Below, piece by piece: positions 15,871 through 28,603 of a stretch of DNA of 64,000 nucleotides. The stretch lies in the NCBI RefSeq assembly GCF_009914755.1, contig NC_060944.1; one strand, written 5' to 3'. This DNA comes from the human T2T-CHM13v2.0 reference genome, Homo sapiens. Below the pieces are notes generated by a model that was not told where the DNA came from, ran no database searches, and worked only from the letters and a program-made list of their open reading frames with translations. The position numbers and the translations under genes are program-made. Position 1 is the first letter of the stretch. Each line of letters begins with the position of its first letter.

Positions 15871-17529
15871 AAGAGGCCCTGTTATGAGCCACTGTGACTC
15901 ATCTGTTATCCAGAAAATGGGTGTAAAATAGATGCAAGATGGTATATCAATTCATTCACAAGACATGTGTTCATCATATTTGAAATATAATCTTTTGATT
16001 TAAGTAGGAAATAGTTTAAAACCAGTATTTCCTGCTATGAAAAGAGGAGATTGAATTTCATGCACAGGAATATTCAAAAATACAATAACAAGGAGCCAAG
16101 TCCATCCCATGCTTTAGAAAATTTACAACTATGAACACGGCAGATTTAAGAAGTGTCCATTCTTAGTGATAGAAATGTAAACAGAAACTTACAGCATGTT
16201 ATCTGCTGAAAGTACTTTTTGCTCTGGTCCTTAGTTTGCCTTAAAACATAAGCTTTAATTATTTGCAGAGGGAGAAGAATAATTTATCAGCACCATCCAC
16301 AGAGTCTCCAATGCGCAAAATCCTCAGTCTCTTCTTCCTCTGTCTTACAGAACAAGACTTCACAAACCTTGTTATTTGGGAGAGACAGAACATCGTCAGT
16401 GTGCTTTTTCTAATAACTATCTTCTCTTCATTTTCTGAATACAAGAATTTATCTCATGGAAATCAGTCATTTTGTCCACCCTCCAGTGCAGGGCACCATT
16501 AGGAGACTCAGAACCCATGGCCCCGTGGAGCTTTCAGTCAGCTTGGGAGGTAAATGATGTTGGGAGTCTGTAGGACATGTGAATTGGTGAGGTTAAAATA
16601 ACATCGCGTGGTCAAGAGTGGAGCACAGGCACAGAGTCACCCCCAAGGTGGGAACTCCACCTCTCACACCTACCAGCCTAATATGGAGATAATGTGATTT
16701 AGGGCAGCACTTCTCAAACTTAGTGCTTGATATGTTGTTCAGTACGTGATCCAATCCAATAAGTCTGGGGTGGAACTCCTAACAAGCTCCCTGGTGAGGC
16801 CGATGCTGGTCTGGGGAACACATTTGGAGTACCAAAGGTTTGGGGGTTTCTATATAATCCCCCTAGTTTCATATAAAGTTCTTAGTTTGATTCCTATCAC
16901 ATTGCAAGTTCTTGACAAATAACTATTATTATGAAGAGTGTTTTGACAACTAACAGCTGTGCGGCATAGAATGTTAGAATAGATGCAGCTGATTTTGCCT
17001 AACAGGGAAAGGCTGCTTCAAACCTGGGGCAAATTCTGGTGATTCAGAAAATGGAAGGAATCACCTCTTCACCAGTTTCACTCACCCCTTCAATGAGGGG
17101 ACTTAGGGAGTTGTCTCAGCAGCAGTCACTGTGCTTAACAATATATTCCCTTAGAATAAGTGCTTTGCATCTTACGGTTGCATTCTCTTCAAGAAATTTC
17201 ATCCAGTGAAAATAATAGCACCAAACCCATTTTTGATCATATTCCCATGCCATTACAGTCAGGGAAAGAGATTATTAGTCTCCAAACAAATCCAAGTACT
17301 GGCTCTTTCTGGAGGGCAAGAATAGAAACCCAGAGAAAAAAAGGTGGCTATTGTGAGCCAAATGAGAGCACATTAACCCATGACTTAGATGCTTAGATGC
17401 ATTAGTTTGATGTTGTTGCTGTTGTTTTGGTTTGTTTGATGAAGATGAGAGACATAAGGCTAAGAGAAATGAATATTTGATTGGATTGAGTTTGATCAAG
17501 GTTGTGCAATATGAATAACATAGTAGAAC

Positions 17530-18340
17530 AGGGTTATGGTAGCAACACTTATCTTCAATATTGATAAAAGCAATAATGCACTATGAAAAGGTAGCAATCA
17601 TGGACCTATAAACATGACAACACAGCTGCAAAATGTAAAGAGTGAAAATGGGCTGAAATAGAAGAAATTGATGGAACGAACTCACTGTTGAAGACCTGAA
17701 CACATCCCTTTCAGAAATCAATAGGTCAAATTGACTAGGGAATTTAGAGAGTTTGAAAACATAAACTTTCCTTTTCTGCTTGATTTGATGTCAATAGGTA
17801 GGTAGTTAGAGTCAAAGACAGAATGGACTTTCTTTTCAGACACAAATTAAATATTCACAGCCATTGGCCATGTGTTAAGGCACAAAGGAAATCTCAACAA
17901 ATTCCAAACAGTAAAAATCATATGGACCACTTTCAACATATTGAAAATAAAATTAGAGATCACAAAAAAACCTCTAATATTTAAATCTTAACATCACATT
18001 TTCAAATAACTCTTGCATTAGAGAGGAAATTAAAGCTGAAATTTAAAACTATATAGAAATAAATAACAAAGAACATACTATATGACAAAACCTGTAAGAT
18101 ACAGCCACAGTAACACATAGAGCACAATTTATAGCAATAAGTATACTATACCCAGAACAAGAAAAATGCCAAGTAAATAAGTCATTTGTCAATTCAAGAA
18201 GATATAAAAGGAACAACACAATAACACATCTTAGGAAGAAAAAAGAAATAAGAATAAAGGTGAGGGTGGGAGGTGTGGAAGAATCAGTGATTTAAAATAT
18301 AGGTAGAGATGATAAACAATAATGAAAACTGGGATTTACT
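17530..18340 (+). mobile_element. Old L1M ORF2 (endonuclease-region) fragment
   Basis: Degenerate motifs ggcacaaaggaaatctcaacaaatt, catactatatgacaaaacctgtaagatacagc and aatttatagcaataagt. Confidence 0.7.
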
Positions 18341-18408
18341 GAGGTGTACCTGTCAAATCACTCTGTGTTGTTTTCCAATATGTAAATGAAACTAAAAATA
18401 GTCTCCAG

Positions 18409-18717
18409 GTTTTTTGTTTGTTTCTTTGTTTGTTTTTTTGAGACAGAGTCTCGCTCTGTCACCAGGCTAGAGTGCAGTGGCATGATCTTGGCTCACTACA
18501 ACCTCCGCCTCCCAGGTACGAGGTTTCTCCTGCCTCAGCCTCCCGAGTGCCTGGGACTACAGGCACACGCCACCACACCCAGCTAATTTTTGTATTTTTA
18601 GTAGAAGCGGGGTTTCACCCTGTTGGCCAGGATGGTCTCTAGCTCTTGACCTTGTGATCTGCCCGCCTCGGCCTCCCAAAGTGCTGGGATTATAGGCATG
18701 AGCCACCGTGCCCGGCC
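18409..18717 (-). mobile_element. AluSc-like
   Basis: Antisense dimer (ctgtcaccaggct; ttggccaggatggtctc); TSD aatagtctccag at 18397-18408 and 18718-18729. Confidence 0.93.
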
Positions 18718-19998
18718 AATAGTCTCCAGTTTTTAATTAAAACATGAAATAGCTACACACTTTGCTTTGAGAATAAATATGCTATGAAAATATATTTTTT
18801 AAATCACCCAAACTCTTGATCTAACATTTAGCCTAATCTTAATAGTTACCGCTAAGCCTGTTTCATAATCTCAAAGTGGGGATAGTAATAGTATGCACAG
18901 CGTGTGTCACTGAAAGTTTGTGTAAAGGTATATTTTATATGAAAAGCACTTAAAATAGTGCCCAACAAAGAGCAAGCCCTCCGTAAGTGTTAGTTAATAT
19001 GATTATTATTAATAGATAAGGAGAGTTGTCCCACTTGGTTTATAAAATCCTTTTTTTCTTCTTTGGGCTTTGTTGAATATAGTGAGTTTTCATAAACTTT
19101 TGTTGAATTTGAAGGTGTACCTCCACCAGAAAACAGGCAGGGTCTGCAGGAAGAGAAGGATCCATCCTGCAGAAGCTTCATACAAATGATGAACAGTGTG
19201 GCGAGACATCAAGATGTAGGTTTTGGCTCTCTGTGATAATTCAGCTGATGGGTGTTGATTTATACATATTTGTTAGTTTGGTTTATTTATTAAAAGAGGA
19301 ACAGAAAGAAATATATTAGATCAGGGTACACTTTCCTTATGCCTTTCCTGAGACATTCCTGTCCTTTGGCACTTGGACTAATGACCCATGTCCCCAGCAT
19401 AATAGCCATGTCTCTATTCACTTTGTATATCAAAAAGCACACCCTGCTCTATCCACACTCACCTCTCTTCCTGGGCCCTAAACTCATATTTCAGTTCAGA
19501 GTCTTCAGCAGGAACGCATTTTTACCCTAAGGCACCTAACTAAGTAAGCCCCTTGACAGGGAAGAACAGTTTTCTGTGGAGTCCATTTGCTCCTCATGTC
19601 ATTAAGGTTTCAGATAGACTTAAGTGTAGCATTAAAGAATAAAGAGCTTTTCAAATTACCCTTGACACTGAAGAATAACTGCAGCCTGCCCACCGTGAAG
19701 CAAGTATCTTGACAGTGACAGACCCTCAGATGTTTCCGTTTCTGATGCTAAACGTCTGTCTCAGATGTTTCTGTCTCCCACCACTACTGCTGGGGCTGGG
19801 AACATTTGTCCACAACTGGTTGCAGAAGTTAGAAATTGTTTTGAGGGCCACAAGGGCACCCTATAACCTTGCAAATCAATCATATAGATTAAATCTGATT
19901 TGCAATCCTAAAATCCTGTAGGAATAGTCAATCAAAGGCAAATTTGTTTTTACATCTTGTATTTTACTTCATGCATTGTTTTAAAATATGTTCCAGAA

Positions 19999-20290
19999 GT
20001 CCGGCGCAGTGTCTCACGCCTGTAACCCGGCACTTTGGGAGGTCAGGGCAGGTGGATCACTTGAGGTCAGGGGTTCGAGACCAGCCTGGCCAACATGGTG
20101 AAACCCCATCTCTACTAAAAATACAAAACTAGCCAGACATGGTGTGCATGCCTGTACTCCCAGTTACTCCGGAGGCTGAGGTTGCACTTGAACCCGGGAG
20201 GTGGAGGTTGCAGTGAGCCAAGATTGTGCCACCGCACTCCCACCTGGGCGACAGAGCAAGGCTCCATCTTAAAAATAAAAAATTAAAAAT
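19999..20290 (+). mobile_element. AluS
   Basis: Dimer with a small right-arm deletion; TSD aaa(a/c)tatgttccagaa. Confidence 0.92.
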
Positions 20291-20466
20291 AAACTATGTT
20301 CCAGAAAACACTAACCCCACCTTAGAAGCTCCATGAAAAGGGGATTTTACAGACACATATGAACAGAAAAAATATACCATGTGTGTCTATAGGAAATGTA
20401 TAATGCTCTGGGGATATTAAGATTGATTTTGAAAAATTTCAGAATTTTTGCTTAATTCTTTTTAGG

Positions 20467-20790
20467 CTAAGGATCTGCAAATATTTTCTGCATAGAACCA
20501 GGTAGTAACTATTTTCAGCTTTTGGGGGCATATAGTCTTTCCACTCAACTCTGTTGTTGTAGCATGAAAGGAGCCATTGACAACAGATAAACAAATGGAT
20601 GTGTGTGTGCTCCAGTAAAACTTTATTTATGGACCCTAAAATTTGAATTTCATATAATTTTCACATGTCACAAAATTTTTTCTCTGAGTCTTTTAAATCA
20701 TTTTAAAAATGTAAAAACCATCCTCAGCTCAAGGCCAATACAAGAACAGCTGGATTTGGCCCGTGGGCCCTAACTTCCCGAAAGCCCCTG
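20467..20790. mobile_element. MER58B-like hAT MITE
   Basis: gcaaatattttctg...ccaggtagtaactatttt...taaaactttatttatggac...ggatttggcccgtgggcc. Confidence 0.8.
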
Positions 20791-20840
20791 GTTAATGTAG
20801 CCTGCCCCTTGTTTCCCACTCTATATAACTATAGGACTCC

Positions 20841-21141
20841 AGCCCGGCACGGTGGCTTACGCCTGTCATCCCAGCACTTTGGGAGGCCGAGGCGGGCGGA
20901 TCACCTGAGGTCAGGAGTTCGAAACCAGCCTGACCAACATGGAGAAACCCCGTCTCTACTAAAAATACAAAATTAGCCTGGCGTGGTGGTGCATGCCTGT
21001 AATCCCAGCTACTTGGGAGGCCGAGGGAGGAGAATTGCTTGAAATCTGGGAGGCAGAGGTTGTGGTGAGCCGAGATCATGCCATTGCACTCCAGCCTGGG
21101 CAACAAGAGCGAAACTCTATCTCAAAAACAGCAAGAAGAAA
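20841..21141 (+). mobile_element. AluSp
   Basis: ctgaccaacatggagaaacccc and gggcaacaagagcgaaactc; TSD aacta(t/c)aggactcc. Confidence 0.93.
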
Positions 21142-21257
21142 AAACTACAGGACTCCCACCACCCCACCTGGTGATGCTCATGAACATTCCAAGAGAGAAG
21201 GTCCTACAGACCAGAGCTACTCAACGTGTGCTCTGTGAACCAGCAGCTTCAGCATCA

Positions 21258-21587
<330 letters not shown>

Positions 21588-22586
21588 GAAATGCAGAATC
21601 AGTGACCCCATTTCAGACCAACTGAATTAGAATCCCTGAGGGTAGGGCCCAGCAATCCATTTTAACAAGGTTTCTGCATATTCTGACTCTGGGGGAAGTT
21701 TCAGAAGCTCTGTCCTGGACCACACCTTGTAAAGTGCTGATTTGGGAACACTGAATGCTACATGGGAGTGTCAGAACAGTTCATCCATGTCAGTTAACAT
21801 GAATTGAACCCTTACTAGGGGTCAGACCCTTTGCTAATAAGCACTGGTGATTTGAGATAATTAATTAGATACTGTTAGGCTCTTAATAGACTGGGAGTTT
21901 GTCTTACAATCAGAGCCTCGGGGAATAGTTTTGAGTGGCTTTTCTTCCTAATTTCTTCTGCTTCCTAGTTTCCTCTTTCTACCTGCTCTGCAACACACAA
22001 GATGGCAGTTTATTGTGCTAATATGAGGGATGTATTGCAGGCTGCCTTGATCATAAATGCCACTTCACTACTAACGTCCTTTCAGCTACTGAAATTACTA
22101 TTAATAAACATCCTTATGCCTCTTCAGCTGCTGTCTTTTAGAATGCTAACATGCATGAGTTTGGGGTTTATAGGAACAATTTATTAAACACTAGCAGTAA
22201 ACATCCCAACAGAAGATCTGGAGGTACGCTCAGCGCCCACTCTCCAGCCGTTCTTATTAGGAGAGGGGGAATTGCTTTTTCAGCTTTGAAATGCTGTGTG
22301 TTTGAGATCCACCAGATTCATCAGCCCTCCTCCCAAATCACAGACGTATCTCCATGTTTTAGAGCAGGACAAAGGTGTGGGAGTTCCTGGGGGAACCGTG
22401 AAAGTGATGAAACCAAGGGTATCTGCCACATGGCTTCTCCGCCATCGCACCAGCTGCCCATCAGCCAGGCCTGGATAGGCTGCTGTCAGCTTGGAGCCAG
22501 GGCGCCCTACAGCTGTTCTTCACATGCTGAGAATAACAACTTTGAGAGGAGATTGCCAAGGAAACACAGGAAACTTGAGTATGTGT

Positions 22587-22629
22587 GAGAGAGAGGGAGA
22601 GCGAGAGAGAGAGAGAGAAGAGAGAGAGC
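22587..22629. repeat. Imperfect (GA)n microsatellite
   Basis: Direct observation. Confidence 0.9.
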
Positions 22630-25239
22630 ATGCACAGAAACATTCATCAGCAAATAGACCTGAAGGAGTGGGACAGAGCAATAGCACTACAAGTCTGAAA
22701 GCACATGGACCCCTGCCTTCTAATAAACTGGCCTGTGAAAAGGAAAGGTCAATGGCTTGCTTAGGCCGAAGATACACATTTCCCCCCCAGGAACCCAGCA
22801 GCAAAATATAAAGATGGAGCGTGGGGCCAGAAGGCACTCTTGTTTGTCTCCTCGTGGTACTCCTGTGAGAGGTGCTGCTTGGAGACTGGAGGCTCAGGCA
22901 CTCTGCTGGTTTCCCTGGTTTCAAGCTTCCATGGGTGCTCAGCACCACAGCAACATGTCTTGTGCCTAGCCGTTAGTAGAGGAAAGCTGATTAACAAATA
23001 CCGGGTTTGTTCCACTCTTAGCCAAGGGTGTAGGGCTGTCCTGAATTAGTGAGGCTTTCTGAATATTAAGCTCCACATCCTTTTTTACAAAAAATGTTGG
23101 CCAGAACTTTTCTGTAATTTATTCCCCTCAACAACCCCATGAGATTGGCATTGTTTGTCCTGTTGAGAAAACTAAAGCTCAGAGATGGTGATGAACTTAC
23201 CCAGACTCACCCAGCTTCTGAGCGCCAGAGCCAGCGGTCCAGCTGGGTCTTTCTGACATCAATGCCTTTATCCACCCACTCCACTGAACTATGGTCCATA
23301 GTATACTCAACTTCCCCACGGGTCCACTGCTTTATTCTGGAGGGTAGATCCCCGGTCACTTGGGAATACTAAAATTTCATTTTTGTGCATCTTAAGATTC
23401 TGGAGTGACTTGGTGTAAATTCCTTCCAGTGTCTGTTTTCTAGATCCTAATTTGTAAAATGGAGACATGGAAATAAAGTCTCATGTATTTAAATAAAACA
23501 CAGTGTTCACATCTCTACATCATCTCACGAGCACATGTTCTAGTGGCCAGAACACGCATTCGAAAATTAGCAGGCTCATCGTAAGATGCTCTGTCAGTTA
23601 TAAAATGACTGCCCATAAAGCTAACCTCACATAAACTTACTCCATTATTTGTTTAATGCCAGTGGTAGAATAAGGCAACCCTGAAGTTTTGTTATTTCTT
23701 TTTTTACTCAGATTCCATATTTGTTGCTTTGCCCGGCAATCACTGGGTAGAGAACGGTGAAACCTGTTATCTCCAAAGAAGTTTCACTTTAGGATTCCTT
23801 CTAAGAACCCTAAAGAGTATGATTTCTCCTTTTTCACAAGAGCAATAAATTTGGAAAGTGATATTAATATGTACTAAAATTCCATCCTTGTTGAGAAAGC
23901 AATAGAATCGTGGACCTGGAGGGTGAGATGGCAGAGCCTCCTCCCCCAGGATCAGATCTAGGACCTGCCTCTGGGAACTTTTGTTCCCTTGCCTCCCAAT
24001 GAGTATGTTCCTGATTTTTTTTTTCATACAGAATTTTCATTTTTATTTTTCCGAAAAGTGATTCTCATTCTCATGCAAATAATAATAATAATAAACATGG
24101 TAGTGCCCCAAGGCCCCAAATCTAATTTCCTCTCCCAGCTTCGGTTTTCAATAGAAAGACAAACAAAAATATGTTTTTTGGTTAGGAAATCATGCTCATA
24201 TGCAATGTTTCTGTTTCATTTTAAGTTTCTTCAGACATTTACTAGTTAGTGTAACACAGGCTGCTATAACAAAACAACCCTCACATTTTCCATAGCATAA
24301 TAGAAATATATTGTTTGCTCACGTAAGAGTTCAGGTGTTACTGGCCAGGAGTCATTTTTCTCCATGCAGGGATATGGAGGGCCCAAGTTCCTTCTGTCTC
24401 ATGGTCTCATGGCTTAACCATCCTTTAAGACTGTATTTCTGGCAGAAGGAGAAACAGAGGGAGGAGAATACCTGCTTCTGAACTGCCTTAGACTGACAGG
24501 GACACACTTTGTTCTACTACCACTCATGGACTGTCTCTAGCCACAGAGCACCACTTCCTTGCAATGGGAATTAGAAATGTAATTCCTGGCTGCACAGCCA
24601 TTTCCCAGAGATCATGCTCTACCATGCAACAGTGAGGTTAAAGTGCACAGTTGACCATCTCCGCTACAAGACAAGAGCCCATGCCTTCTTCAAATATGCT
24701 ACTCACAGAGAATTTTTCATTCTATCAGATACCTACCCCATCGGGCCCTTTGCCCCCTTCCCTTCGATGGCCTGGGGACATGGCTTCCTCAGAAAGGCCT
24801 GTTGCAAACCCATGGGCACCCATGATACCAGACATGTCCCCTAGTGTAATTATCATCATCCTGAATCATCTAATTCCCTCTTTTGCTTGCATCTCCCCAA
24901 TTAGACTGAATTCTGTAAAGGCAGGGAATTTGCCTATCTTGTCCATCACTGTATCCCTAGTGCCTAACACTGCCTGGCATATTACAGGTGCTCAATAAAT
25001 ATTTGAGAAGGAAGGAGGAAGGAGGGCTCTCTCCGGAATAGACCCAGTCCTTGTACCTGTCATTTGTACCATGTGGGATTTCAAGAGAGTAGCCAAGAAA
25101 TGGACTGGTCACCTTTCAGGACCAAGGACCCACCCTCTTTGGAGTGATAGCAGCTCACCCTCACACAAGCCCTTTTGGCAACCTCTGATGATGACTGAAA
25201 TAGATGAAAGATTTTCTGCCTTTGGCTTCCACATGCTTC

Positions 25240-25938
<699 letters not shown>

Positions 25939-25989
<51 letters not shown>

Positions 25990-25990
25990 A
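25939..25990. repeat. (TAAA)13 microsatellite
   Basis: 52 nt of perfect repeat at the tail of the L1M 3' end. Confidence 0.97.
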
Positions 25991-26305
25991 TGTGATGATA
26001 AAAGTACACTAACCCCAAACCACATCCCTCCAACCTCATCATTCCCAACCCTTGGGTAGTTTGTCTCTTTAAAAATATTTCATCGGTAGATAGGTGTCTA
26101 TCTCCATGGCAGAATTGGCAAGTATGTATTTGTGGCATCCTTCGGAGAAACAGCACAATTCTGTTGACCCCTGTCTGAGTATGGCTTTCAGATCAGAAAA
26201 CTGAGTCATGTGGACTGAGTATGGGCCATTTAGATTTTCTGGTCTTTGCACACACCTACATGAACATATATAAGCTCTCATATTTTCATATCTACTTCTT
26301 CCCAG

Positions 26306-26368
26306 GTCCAGAGCCAAACCCGTCACTGACCCCCCAGCCCAGGCGCCCAGCCACTCCCCACCGCTACC
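26306..26368 (+). other. SNAP25: SNAP25 exon 2, 5'UTR portion (63 nt)
   Basis: Pyrimidine tract and acceptor cttcttcccAG at 26304-26305; strong Kozak context gctaccATGg. Confidence 0.9.
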
Positions 26369-26440
26369 ATGGCCGAAGACGCAGACATGCGCAATGAGCT
26401 GGAGGAGATGCAGCGAAGGGCTGACCAGTTGGCTGATGAG
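26369..26440 (+). CDS. SNAP25: SNAP25 exon 2 CDS, aa 1-24 (MAEDADMRNELEEMQRRADQLADE)
   Basis: ATG at 26369; donor GAG|GTAAGG at 26441. Confidence 0.99.
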
Positions 26441-26724
26441 GTAAGGAGTGGAGACCTAGGAAGGGAGGCAAAAGATGAAGGCCTGAGTGGTTTGTCTTAT
26501 TCAGGTTCAGGTAGGGAAAGCCTTTCTTTCAATGTCTCAATTTCTTTTAGAAAAAGTAATATGACTTTGATTTTCTGTACACCTAAGGCTTCTGTGGACC
26601 AGAATAAGTTGATTATAGAAGCTGCATACAAATTACTGTCTTGGCCCTAACTCTCAATTTCCAGAAACCTTGAGAAGTCAAGGTCCTCTAAGAAAAGAAA
26701 GCAATGTCTTTGGGTGCCTTAATT

Positions 26725-27765
26725 CAGTGCTATGCTGGAGAAGGCTCAGTTCCGAGAACAGATTGTTAACATTTTCAGGAACTTTGCAAGCTGGTTGCTA
26801 AATGCAGCCATTATTAAAACTGAATTACATAAACTGACAATTAGATAGATTCTATTAAAATCAAAAGTAATAAACACTCAAACTTCATCACTTCCTAATT
26901 ATTTTGCTACATTTTACTATTATCCATGATCTTGAGATTCATCCATTTTATCTGTAGGGTGGAAATAAGGTATAATAATGTGTTACCATGTGTCTTTCCA
27001 ACTTCATGATCAGTAATATGAAGTTGTAGCTTAAAATCAGGCAGAGCTGGGTACAGCGGCTCTCACCTGTGATCTCGGCTACTTGGGAGGCTGAGGCAGG
27101 AGGATCGCATAGGCCAAGAGTTCATGACCAGCCTGAGCAACATAGAGAGACTCCCATCTCTAAAAATATTTAAAAATTTAAAAATCAGACAGAGTAAGAG
27201 TATTTATCACCCAAGAATCTGCAAATACTGCAGATCAGGACTTGACTTATTGTTTTGCTGATTGTCTAGACTTTAAAAAGTAGAGAAAATATTAATAATG
27301 CAGATTAAAGTTAAAAGTATGTATGTCTGCAGCCATTATACTATGAATAACACAAAAAGAGGAAATCTTCCAGTATTTGAAAATTATGATTCTCTAAGGC
27401 AAAGAAATCCTTTTTGTCATTCACAAATGAGTACAATTCCAACACATGCCTTCATTGTTTAATTTTCTTCTTACTCATTAATATACATGAAAATATCCAA
27501 CCAACATTCATGTCAGAACTACTCTGGTTCATCACATGGTTAGCTGTAGACACAAAAGTTCAGCAAAAATCAGTAAAAGTTTTCTGTGAGAATCAATTGG
27601 CTATGCGGAATTTACAATAAAGAGAGTATTGTTTATTTTATTATTATTTATAAATTTTGTGCTATTCATCCTTTATATCAGTAAAATAATAAACTTGAAT
27701 ACATGTATGTATTTGTGTATTTTTCCCAGAGAGCCGGTAGTTAAACCTTTACCAGCAGACTGCTG
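26725..27765. mobile_element. MER63-type (hAT-Blackjack) DNA transposon containing an Alu monomer
   Basis: Degenerate TIRs cagtgctatgctgg...ccagcagactgctg; internal cagccattattaaaa...catcacttcctaattatttt matches my recollection of MER63. Confidence 0.75.
27045..27180 (+). mobile_element. FLAM-type Alu monomer
   Basis: Single monomer with TSD aaaatcag(g/a)cagag. Confidence 0.85.
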
Positions 27766-28561
27766 CTTGCAGCCATTCTATTTCAAAAAGCAGCTGGCTG
27801 ACAGCTCTTCCAGGGAAGTTAACATCCTTCAGGTTCCTGCAGAATCTTGTTCAAAATAAGTTTGTCAGTTAAAAGCAAAGCTTTGAGAAATCACACTGGT
27901 TGTTGGATTCTAGTCGTTTCAAAAGAACTGAGAAAAAAGTGACAACGCAGTGCCCGGGGGACCATTGCAGAGCTCAGCCTTTCCGTCTCGTTTTTTCTTA
28001 TCTAAGGATGAAGATAATTATTATAGCTCTCTCCTATAGGCTGGTCATTTCAAACATGCTTGATTTTTTTCACCCTAAGGCAACAACTTAATTTGTATTG
28101 ATAAGAACTTCCAATTGTGTTTCTAGGAGCTTTGTAAGAAACTTGATGTTATATTCATCTCGATTCATGAAAAATTATGTTTGTGTTTAAAATTTAATGT
28201 TCCTGGCCCAGGGAGGCCAAATTAGTCCTCTGAGTAATTGAGATAATTTTTCATGCATTCTGAGCATGCAAAATTATCTTCTCCAGATTACTTTGTCTTT
28301 GATATCAAGATCAGCTTCATATGGTTTTTATTTTCTGAAGATAAGCTGTAATGTAATTGCTTTAGGGAATCTGATCATGTAAAAAGCCTGATAGGAAAGA
28401 GTTTGAAAATGTAATGACATTTTTTGTTTCACTTGCCAACTGAAAAGAATATGTGACAGAGACCCTTTGTGTTTCTCAAGTAAATAAAGTATTTCTGATT
28501 TTCCAAGATCTCTGGATCCTGCACTCATAAAGTTTATGTTTGTTTGTTTTTTAAATCTTAG

Positions 28562-28603
28562 TCGCTGGAAAGCACCCGTCGTATGCTGCAACTGGTTGAA
28601 GAG
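28562..28603 (+). CDS. SNAP25: SNAP25 exon 3, aa 25-38 (SLESTRRMLQLVEE)
   Basis: Acceptor tcttAG ends at 28561; donor GAG|GTAAGA; 42 nt, phase 0/0. Confidence 0.99.

Noticed and set aside
16286-16306. RE1-like atcagcaccatccacagagtc
   Set aside because: The critical GG of the right half-site is CC. The similar site at 33387-33406 has odd spacing and GGACAA, and the one near 22938 is a half-site only.
26301-26311. Recursive splice site or tandem acceptor cccAG|GTCCAG at exon 2
   Set aside because: GTCCAG is a poor donor, and the +6 AG would trim only 6 nt of UTR. Nothing in the sequence supports its use.
26441-26650. Extension of the exon 2 ORF to 93 aa (similarly the extended ORFs at exons 6 and 7)
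   Set aside because: Read-through into intron past consensus splice sites; SNAP25 similarity stops at the junctions.
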